NCBI RefSeq assembly: GCF_002646595.1
Contig: NZ_PDUD01000019.1
Location: 109,128 to 173,127 of the forward strand
DNA from: Flavilitoribacter nigricans DSM 23189 = NBRC 102662
GTDB lineage: Bacteria > Bacteroidota > Bacteroidia > Chitinophagales > Saprospiraceae
Length of the DNA: 64,000 nt
Direction: 5' to 3'
The position numbers and the translations under genes were made by a program. The notes beneath the pieces were generated by a model, which had not been told where the DNA came from, made no database searches, and worked only from the letters and a program-made list of their open reading frames with translations. This document shows positions 56,713 to 64,000 of this stretch, piece after piece. Position 1 is the stretch's first letter, and each line of letters opens with the position of its first letter.

Positions 56713-58089
56713 ATGACTAATCGAAGACGTTTTATCAAAAAAGCCGCAGCCGGTGCCGCCGGGATGGCGCTGGGCACTTCGGCATTTTCCGCAAAATCCT
56801 ATCGCAATATCATAGGGGCCAACGACCGGGTGATCCTGGCTTCCATCGGAGTTCGCGGCCGTGGTAAAGGCCTGCTGGAGAACTTCACCCGCATGTACAA
56901 GGACGGCGTCATGGTGAAAACCGTTTGTGATGTGGATTCTTCTTTCCTGGGCGAACGGGTCAAAATGGCCGCCGACAATCAGGATGGCAATAAACCCGGC
57001 ACGGAAACCGATATGCGAAAGGTTTTTGATGACCAGGAAGTAGATGCCGTCATAGTCGCTACGCCCAACCACTGGCACGCACTGGCCACCATCTGGGCCT
57101 GCCAGGCGGGTAAGAACGTATACGTGGAAAAACCGAGCTCACACAATGTATGGGAAGGCCGCAAGATGATCGAAGCGGCCCGCAAATACGACCGCATCGT
57201 GCAGGTAGGTTTTCAGAACCGCTCCATCAGCAATGTGATGCAGGCCATGGCTTTCCTGCACGACGGAGGTATCGGCGATGTATACATGTCGCGCGGGATG
57301 TGCTTCAAACCACGGGATTCCTTCGGTATTGCCGAAGACAGTGCTCCCCCCGCTTCCCTGAATTACGATCTCTGGCTCGGCCCGGCCAACTGGCGCCCCT
57401 ACAACGAGAAGAGAGGGCACTACAACTGGCACTGGCACTGGGATACCGGCAACGGTGACACCGGCAACCAGGGGCCGCACCAGTTCGATATTGCCCGCTG
57501 GGGACTGGGCAAAAAAGTGCATCCCGTCAAGGTGCAGTCCATGGGTGGTATCTTCGGTATCTCTCCGAAGGAATGCTCCCAGGAAACTCCGAATACGCAA
57601 ACCTCCGTTTTCGAATACGATGACGGTAAGATCCTCGAGTTTGAAACCCGCGGCCGTTACACGAATGCCGAAGCGCCCGCCGGCGTTAAGATCGGTAACC
57701 TCTTTTACGGCACCGAAGGCTGGCTGGAACTGAACGGCAGCACCTGGAAAGCTTACCGCGAACGTGAGAACAAACCATTCGCCGGATCGGATATGGCAGA
57801 AACGGCTGCCGTTGGCGGCGACCAGTCTTTCCGCACCGCTCCGGACAGTAAAGGGCATTTCGCCAACTTCATCGACGCCGTGAAAGCCGGTAACCGCAGT
57901 ATCCTGAATTGCGATGTGGAAGTCGGCCATATGTCCACCGTACTGCCCCTGATCGCGAACATTGCCTACCGCACGGGAGATACGCTGGAATTTAACGGTG
58001 AATTCGAACAGTTCATTGATAATGAGGCAGCAGACCTGTACCTGAAGCGCCGCTACCGTTATCCTTACGTGGTGCCGGAGAAGGTGTAA
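56713..58089 (+). CDS. Gfo/Idh/MocA-family oxidoreductase with a TAT signal
   Basis: 'RRRFIKKAAAGAAGMAL' twin-arginine signal. Rossmann 'ASIGVRGRG' and characteristic 'EKP' region. Confidence 0.8.
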   Translation: MTNRRRFIKKAAAGAAGMALGTSAFSAKSYRNIIGANDRVILASIGVRGRGKGLLENFTRMYKDGVMVKTVCDVDSSFLGERVKMAADNQDGNKPGTETDMRKVFDDQEVDAVIVATPNHWHALATIWACQAGKNVYVEKPSSHNVWEGRKMIEAARKYDRIVQVGFQNRSISNVMQAMAFLHDGGIGDVYMSRGMCFKPRDSFGIAEDSAPPASLNYDLWLGPANWRPYNEKRGHYNWHWHWDTGNGDTGNQGPHQFDIARWGLGKKVHPVKVQSMGGIFGISPKECSQETPNTQTSVFEYDDGKILEFETRGRYTNAEAPAGVKIGNLFYGTEGWLELNGSTWKAYRERENKPFAGSDMAETAAVGGDQSFRTAPDSKGHFANFIDAVKAGNRSILNCDVEVGHMSTVLPLIANIAYRTGDTLEFNGEFEQFIDNEAADLYLKRRYRYPYVVPEKV

Positions 58090-58135
58090 TTCCTTTTTTA
58101 TCAAGGATTTAACTAAAATTTGAGACTTTCTAAGT

Positions 58136-59386
58136 TTGGCAAACTTAGAAAGTCTTTATATTACATTTATTACCAAAGCGAAAAACACCGCCCACATGGG
58201 TAAATATGTCTTGGTGCTCTGCACCTTTTTCCTCTCCTCTACCTTTCTCTTCGGTCAAAGGGATCTGGACCTTTACTACCACCAAACCCGCGGCGGACTC
58301 CAAAATGCTCAGCTCCGTTTTGAACGGGAAAAGACCGGCCGCGTCGCATTCCTGGGCGGTTCCATCACCCACAACCCCGGCTGGCGGGATAGTGTCTGTG
58401 TATATCTGCAGCGGCGTTTTCCGGAAACAACTTTTGAGTTCATCGCCGCGGGTATTCCCTCCATGGGCAGTACGCCGGGGGCTTTCCGCCTGGACCGCGA
58501 TGTGCTTTCCAAAGGCCGGATCGATCTGCTGTTCGAGGAAGCCGCCGTCAATGACGCCACGAACGGGCGTAGCCGGGAGGAACAGATCAAGGCTATGGAA
58601 GGTATCGTCCGCCACGTCCGATACCGGAATCCAGCTGCCGACATCCTGCTGATGTACTTTGTGGATCCGGATAAAATGGCCGACTACCGGGCCGGACGAG
58701 TACCGGAAGTTATTCAGCACCACGAAGTGGTCGCACTGCACTACGGATTACCCAGTATCAATCTGGCCCGCGAGGTGACCGAACGGATCGATCGCGGAGA
58801 ATTTTCGTGGGAGCAGGATTTTAAGGACCTGCACCCCTCCCCTTTCGGCCAGGGGGTCTACGCCCGCTCCATGATCCACTTTCTGGACCGGGCCTTTGAC
58901 CATAATCTCACCGCCGAAACTCAGGTAACACCGCATTCACTTCCAGAAAAACTGGAACCTTTCTGCTACGATGACGGCCGTCTGATCGACATCGGGGCCG
59001 CCGGGCTGGCCGATGGCTGGCAGCTGGAATCCAACTGGTCTCCCGGTGACGGAACCGGTACCCGGAAAAATTACACCCAGGTACCTATGCTCATCGGCAC
59101 CTCGCCGGGTGGGGCCTTACGGTTGAAGTTCCGCGGGCACACGGTAGGGATTGCCGTTGCTGCCGGACAGGATGCCGGCATGATCGAATACCGTATTGAC
59201 AAAGGGGACTGGCAACGGCTCAACCTGTTTACCCAATGGAGTAAATCGTTGCATTTGCCCTGGTATTACACGCTGGCCGGCGGCCTGAAGGATAAAAAAC
59301 ACCGGCTCGAAATCCGGGTGATCGGAGAGAAAGATGAGCGAAGTAATGGAAATGCCTGCCGGATACGGTACTTTTACGCTAACTGA
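58136..59386 (+). CDS. SGNH-hydrolase-like protein with a C-terminal beta domain
   Basis: 'VAFLGGSITHN' block I. Probable real start at MGKYVLVLC (about 58196). Confidence 0.45.
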   Translation: MANLESLYITFITKAKNTAHMGKYVLVLCTFFLSSTFLFGQRDLDLYYHQTRGGLQNAQLRFEREKTGRVAFLGGSITHNPGWRDSVCVYLQRRFPETTFEFIAAGIPSMGSTPGAFRLDRDVLSKGRIDLLFEEAAVNDATNGRSREEQIKAMEGIVRHVRYRNPAADILLMYFVDPDKMADYRAGRVPEVIQHHEVVALHYGLPSINLAREVTERIDRGEFSWEQDFKDLHPSPFGQGVYARSMIHFLDRAFDHNLTAETQVTPHSLPEKLEPFCYDDGRLIDIGAAGLADGWQLESNWSPGDGTGTRKNYTQVPMLIGTSPGGALRLKFRGHTVGIAVAAGQDAGMIEYRIDKGDWQRLNLFTQWSKSLHLPWYYTLAGGLKDKKHRLEIRVIGEKDERSNGNACRIRYFYAN

Positions 59387-59438
59387 TAGGATCCCGCACG
59401 CTACTTTTGGCACCTCAATCTGAACTATTAACCGCCGT

Positions 59439-60893
59439 ATGATAAGCTTTCGTTCTGCCTGTTCCATACTTTTCGTTGCCCTCTTGCCGGCCTGCAATAC
59501 CGCCAGGAAAGCCGCTCATTCTTCCCGTCCTAATATCCTGTTCGTCATCGCGGATGACCTCTCCGCCGAAGCGCTGAGCACTTACGGCAATCAGCAATGC
59601 CGTACGCCCAATATCGACCGGCTGGCCAGCCGGGGATTTCGCTTCACCCGGGCCTATTGTCAATATCCCGTTTGCGGCCCTTCCCGGGCAGCGCTGATGT
59701 CGGGTATGTATCCCACAAAAATGGGCATCATGAATAACGGCGGCAGTGATAAGATCGATGAGATCCTGCAGGATAAGGCCTCCATGCCCCAGTTGTTTAA
59801 AGAAAATGGCTATCATACGACCCGCCTCAGTAAGATCTACCACATGCGGGTACCGGGCGACATCACCGCCGGCGTGAACGGCCCGGACCACGCGCCCTCC
59901 TGGAGCGAACGTTTCAATTTTCAGGGAGCCGAATGGATGACCGAGGGCGAACGTACCCACCTGTCCAACGAAAAGCTGCAATTCAAACCGGACGTCCACT
60001 ACAATCTTGGATTTGGCACGGCTTTTTATGTTGTCAAGGGGGAAGGCAAGGGAGCAGAACAGCCCGACTACCGGGCAACCAGCAAAGCCATCGATATCAT
60101 GCAGCAACACCGGAAACAGTCCGACCAGCCGTTTTTCCTGGCGGTGGGCTATATCCGCCCCCACGTTCCCCTGGTAGCGCCGGCGAGTGCCTATGAGCCC
60201 TTTCCGCCGCAGGAAATGGAATTGCCGGAAAAAGTGGACAATGACCAGCGGGATGTCCCCCAGTTGGGTAAGCCACGCACCTCGGAAAGTTTCGGCATCA
60301 GCGCGCCCGAAAAACAACGGGAAGTGCTCAGCGCCTACTACGCTTCGGTCGCGTTCATGGATCAGCAGTTTGGCCGCCTGCTGGATGCCCTGGAGGCGGA
60401 AGGGCTGGCGGAAAACACCATCGTGGTCTTCACCAGCGACCACGGCTATCATCTCGGAGAACACGATTTCTGGCAAAAATGGAGTCTGCACGAAGAATCC
60501 GTCCGCATCCCGCTGATCATTGCGGGACCCGGTGTGGAATTTTCCGAATCGGATGCCCTTGCCGAGCAGATCGACCTCTACCCTACCCTGGCCGGGCTGG
60601 TCGGTTTATCTGCCCCGGACCATGTCCAGGGAAAAAGTCTGTTGCCCGTACTGCGGGAGCCGAAAACACAGGTGCGGGAGGCCGTTTACAGTGTAACCAG
60701 CAACGGCGCACTGCTTCGAACCAATGACTGGGCCTACATGCAATATAAGGACGGTTCCGAGGAATTATACGATATGAACCGGGACCCCCAACAATATAGT
60801 AACCTGGCGAAAATTCCGAATTATCAATCCAAGCGGGAGGAAATGGCCCGACTGTTAAAGGAAAAACAGGCAATGGTAGTTGGCAACCCATAA
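59439..60893 (+). CDS. sulfatase (Cys-type; iduronate-2-sulfatase-like)
   Basis: 'CGPSRAALMSG' motif, 'ILFVIADDLSAE', signal peptide. Confidence 0.9.
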   Translation: MISFRSACSILFVALLPACNTARKAAHSSRPNILFVIADDLSAEALSTYGNQQCRTPNIDRLASRGFRFTRAYCQYPVCGPSRAALMSGMYPTKMGIMNNGGSDKIDEILQDKASMPQLFKENGYHTTRLSKIYHMRVPGDITAGVNGPDHAPSWSERFNFQGAEWMTEGERTHLSNEKLQFKPDVHYNLGFGTAFYVVKGEGKGAEQPDYRATSKAIDIMQQHRKQSDQPFFLAVGYIRPHVPLVAPASAYEPFPPQEMELPEKVDNDQRDVPQLGKPRTSESFGISAPEKQREVLSAYYASVAFMDQQFGRLLDALEAEGLAENTIVVFTSDHGYHLGEHDFWQKWSLHEESVRIPLIIAGPGVEFSESDALAEQIDLYPTLAGLVGLSAPDHVQGKSLLPVLREPKTQVREAVYSVTSNGALLRTNDWAYMQYKDGSEELYDMNRDPQQYSNLAKIPNYQSKREEMARLLKEKQAMVVGNP

Positions 60894-61090
60894 ATTTTAT
60901 TAGATAATCTTTTATTTTTTATCTTTAGCGCGTCTTAGTATTAAATTTCTCCCCCAAATTTCCATTGAGAATAAAGTTCTGTATTTTATTAATAGCATTC
61001 AAAGACTTATCCCATGTTGGTATTGCCTGATACTGAGGGCAATGGAAGACATGGTCGATATCTACACTCAAAACGAAATTCAAACAGGAA

Positions 61091-62329
61091 ATGACGAACG
61101 AAAAAAGACTTTTTTATGGTAGCTGTTTTGCCTTGATCACAACAGCACTGTCCTTCAGTATCCGGGCGGGGATCTTACCACAGTTGGGGGAAGAACTAAG
61201 TTTATCCGCGGAGCAACTTGGATTTATCAACTCCATGTGGTTTCTCGGTTTCCCCATTTCCATGGTGATCGGCGGTTTGGTCTACCACACCGTTGGTGGT
61301 AAAAAGATCATGCAATTCGCCTTCGTTGCCCACGCAATTGGTATCCTGATGACGATCTACTCCGGAAGTTATACCGGACTGCTGATCTCTACCCTGCTGA
61401 TCGGCTTGGGTAACGGTTGTACCGAAGCGGCCTGTAACCCGATGATCGCCGATGCCTATAAGGGGGTACAAATGAGTAAGATGATGAACCGCTTTCACAT
61501 GTGGTTCCCGGGCGGTATCGTGATCGGTAGTCTTATATCCAAGTTTATGACCGATGCCGGTTTTGGCTGGGAAGCACAGATCTGGGTGATCCTCATCCCG
61601 ACGCTGATCTACGCTTACCTATTCTTCGGTCAGGACTGGCCCAAGGCCAAATCCGAAGCGGCAACTACCGTTTCCGGCAACTTCCAGGCAATGCTTACCC
61701 CGCTGTTCATTTTCATGTTCTGCTGTATGGCCCTGACGGCTATCTCCGAATTCGGTCCGCAGCAGTGGGTGGGTCTGATCCTGGCTAAGAGTGGAGCGCA
61801 ACCGATGTTGATCCTGGCGCTGGTTACCGGTTTGATGGCCGTGGCTCGTTATTTTGGTGGCGAAGCGGTACACGCGCTCAACACTACCGGGGTACTCCTC
61901 GGATCGGCCATACTCGCTACGATCGGGGTTTATCTGTTCAGTACCCAGACCGGTGGCATGGCTTACGTGGCCGCGATCATCTACGCGATGGGTATCGCTT
62001 ACTTCTGGCCGAACATGATCGGTTTCATTGCCGAATACATTCCTAAGAGTGGTGCACTCGGGATGTCCATTATCGGTGCGGTAGGGATGTTCTCTACTTC
62101 AATCTTCCAACCGATCATCGGTGGCTGGATCGATTCCGATCGTGCCGAAGCTGCGGCAACCGGCCTCACAGGTGACGAACTCGATCTCGTAGCCGGCCAG
62201 GCTACACTGGGTACCATGGTCCTCTTCCCGTTGATCCTGGTGGTACTTTTCACCGTCCTGTTCTTCTGGATGAGAAATCGTCAGCCAAAAGGAAACGAGG
62301 AAGCTGCCGAATTGGTAACGGATTATTAA
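61091..62329 (+). CDS. MFS transporter (sugar:H+ symporter-like, FucP-type candidate)
   Basis: 12 predicted TM helices. MFS signature 'GGLVYHTVGGKK' between TM2 and TM3. Confidence 0.75.
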   Translation: MTNEKRLFYGSCFALITTALSFSIRAGILPQLGEELSLSAEQLGFINSMWFLGFPISMVIGGLVYHTVGGKKIMQFAFVAHAIGILMTIYSGSYTGLLISTLLIGLGNGCTEAACNPMIADAYKGVQMSKMMNRFHMWFPGGIVIGSLISKFMTDAGFGWEAQIWVILIPTLIYAYLFFGQDWPKAKSEAATTVSGNFQAMLTPLFIFMFCCMALTAISEFGPQQWVGLILAKSGAQPMLILALVTGLMAVARYFGGEAVHALNTTGVLLGSAILATIGVYLFSTQTGGMAYVAAIIYAMGIAYFWPNMIGFIAEYIPKSGALGMSIIGAVGMFSTSIFQPIIGGWIDSDRAEAAATGLTGDELDLVAGQATLGTMVLFPLILVVLFTVLFFWMRNRQPKGNEEAAELVTDY

Positions 62330-62376
62330 GTGCCACCGCACTGATAAAACTGTGCTTTACTTACTTAAAACTCCAA

Positions 62377-63591
62377 TTGGAAACACCTTCCAATTGGAGT
62401 TTTTTGTTTATTTTTTCCAAAAGTTCTCAAAAGATCATACTCAAAAAACGAAAAATCCTACCTATCATGAAAAAACAACCATCCAATCTGGATCGTCGCC
62501 AATTTTTAAAAAAAGCCGGACTTGGGATCGGCCTGAGCACTCTGGCCACTTCGGCCTATCCTTTTGCTGACCTTTACGGTACGCCCCGGTCCGAAGAAGA
62601 TAAATTGGGCATCGCGCTGGTTGGCCTCGGGGGATACTCGAAAGGGAAGCTGGCTCCGGCCTTTGAATTTACGAAGTTCTGCAAATTGAGCGGCATCGTT
62701 ACCGGTTCACCGGACAAAGCCAAGGAGTGGATGGAACAACACAATATCCCGGAAAAAAACGTCTACAACTACGACAACTTCGATACGATCGCGGATAATC
62801 CCGATATCGATATCGTCTACGTAGTACTTCCCAACGCCATGCACGCCGATTACGTGATCCGGGCCGCTAAAGCCGGCAAGCACGTCATTTGCGAAAAGCC
62901 GTTCGATATATCCGTCAAGAAAGCCCAGGCCGCCGTGGATGCCTGTAAAGCAGCCGGGAAACTGCTCCAGATCGGTTATCGGTGCCAGTACGATCCTTTC
63001 CACCAGGAGATCATGCGGATCGGCCGGGAAAAAGTCCTCGGTGACATTAAAGTGATCCGCACCTCCGATTCGTTTTTCGGCGTCAACAGCAGCAATTGGC
63101 GCTTTACCGACCGCGAGCTGGCGGGTGGCGGTGCCCTGATGGACATCGGCGTGTACTGCATTCAGGGAGCGCGGTATTCCTCGGGCGAAGAACCGGTAGC
63201 CGTCTGGGCCAATACCTTCAACACCTATCCCGGTAAAATGGACGGTATGGAAGAGACCATCACCTTTACGATGGAATTCCCCAGCGGCGCGATCGCCAAT
63301 TGCACGGCCAGCTATGTCGCCCGGGCCGATGAATTACACATCTCAGCGGAAAAAGGCAATTACGGGCTTGAACCCGGCTACGGTTACGCACCGCCCCAGG
63401 GCTACATGCAAAACGAAAAAATGGACTTTGAACGCCACAACCAACAGGCGGTACAAATGGATGCTTTCGCCCGGAATATCCTGGACGGGACGCCGGTGAT
63501 CGCTGACGGCGAAGAAGGCGTGCAGGATATGCGGGTCATTGAGGCGATCTATAAATCGGCGAAAAAAGGTGGGAAACGGGTGAAGTTGTAG
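62377..63591 (+). CDS. Gfo/Idh/MocA-family oxidoreductase with a TAT signal
   Basis: Probable start MKKQPSNLDRRQFLKKAGLG (about 62467) with twin-arginine motif. 'IALVGLGGYS' Rossmann; 'EKP' motif. Confidence 0.8.
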   Translation: METPSNWSFLFIFSKSSQKIILKKRKILPIMKKQPSNLDRRQFLKKAGLGIGLSTLATSAYPFADLYGTPRSEEDKLGIALVGLGGYSKGKLAPAFEFTKFCKLSGIVTGSPDKAKEWMEQHNIPEKNVYNYDNFDTIADNPDIDIVYVVLPNAMHADYVIRAAKAGKHVICEKPFDISVKKAQAAVDACKAAGKLLQIGYRCQYDPFHQEIMRIGREKVLGDIKVIRTSDSFFGVNSSNWRFTDRELAGGGALMDIGVYCIQGARYSSGEEPVAVWANTFNTYPGKMDGMEETITFTMEFPSGAIANCTASYVARADELHISAEKGNYGLEPGYGYAPPQGYMQNEKMDFERHNQQAVQMDAFARNILDGTPVIADGEEGVQDMRVIEAIYKSAKKGGKRVKL

Positions 63592-63655
63592 CCATTTAGC
63601 CGATATTTATTAAAAATTGGCAGTTCCCTATGCCCCAGTTCAATAAACACTGCTC

Positions 63656-64000
63656 ATGGATCAGGAAAAATATTCAGCTATAGAGCAAGCCCTACAGGAA
63701 GGCAGTCTTTCCGAAGCTTTGTCGTTATTGGTGAAAGCCACCCGGGACGAGGAAAAAAGCATTCGGGAAGACGCAGCCCTACTCCAGTCCAAATTCGAAT
63801 ATAATCGCAATCAGTATGAAATAAAAGGCGTCCTTACGGATCAGGAATTCAATATCCATTATTCCAAAACAACTTTGGCTATACAGGATATCCTGGATCG
63901 GGTACGGCGCGGGCCGGGAGCTTCGGGGAGCGCCAAGTCAGTCCAAAAGTCCAACCTCCGGCCCCTGTTGTGGCTGGCCGGTATAGCAGCCTTGATCATT
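63656..64000 (+). CDS. hypothetical protein, 5' partial (runs off the window end)
   Basis: ATG at 63656, open to the window end, with a C-terminal hydrophobic stretch beginning. Not in the ORF track because it is truncated. Confidence 0.35.
   Translation, partial: MDQEKYSAIEQALQEGSLSEALSLLVKATRDEEKSIREDAALLQSKFEYNRNQYEIKGVLTDQEFNIHYSKTTLAIQDILDRVRRGPGASGSAKSVQKSNLRPLLWLAGIAALII

Noticed and set aside
57139-58104. 321-aa minus-strand ORF
   Set aside because: Antisense to the TAT-signal Gfo/Idh/MocA oxidoreductase.

Overview
This 64-kb window looks like chromosomal DNA from a Bacteroidota-type genome. The bulk is about 55-58% GC, lipoprotein and Sec signal peptides are common, Shine-Dalgarno sequences are absent, and TTG/GTG starts are plausible. 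Coding density is high on both strands. Long antisense 'shadow' ORFs in the six-frame track overlap almost every real gene and were discarded.

In order, the window contains:
- a DUF-type hypothetical protein;
- five tRNA genes on the minus strand (Ser-GCT, Ser-TGA and Lys-TTT, a Gly-TCC candidate, and a Ser-like copy whose anticodon stem does not pair);
- a block of housekeeping and enzyme genes: PLC-like phosphodiesterase, two SAM methyltransferases, M1 aminopeptidase, esterase, AraC regulator, futalosine-hydrolase-like nucleosidase, and a translationally coupled carboxynorspermidine dehydrogenase-nspC-prmC operon;
- a locus at about 15.0-21.0 kb with a subtilisin (S8) protease carrying a PatA/PatG-like C-terminal domain, three paralogous small Cys-rich ORFs sharing an N-terminal M-x-L-P-x-Q leader (one is 57 aa and missing from the ORF track), strong hairpins between them, and two AraC-type regulators;
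- a sulfatase-rich glycan-degradation region: five Cys-type sulfatases, a GH43-like/GH29 fucosidase fusion, a BNR sialidase-like protein, SASA and SGNH esterases, an FG-GAP protein and an FAD oxidoreductase;
- a low-GC insert carrying palindromic operator-like repeats, upstream of a HisKA_3/NarL two-component system;
- an NfeD-flotillin pair;
- a minus-strand operon of a GNAT N-acyl-amino-acid-synthase-like protein, a methyltransferase and a fatty-acid hydroxylase;
- a 1309-aa PVC-type CxxCH heme/HEAT/beta-propeller protein with a PmoA-like paralogue, flanked by TAT-exported Gfo/Idh/MocA oxidoreductases.

Several short intergenic repeat families and a CTGACACC tandem array are also present.

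The most interesting candidate for an undescribed system is the protease plus Cys-rich-peptide locus, which looks like a ribosomally synthesised and post-translationally modified peptide (RiPP) system.
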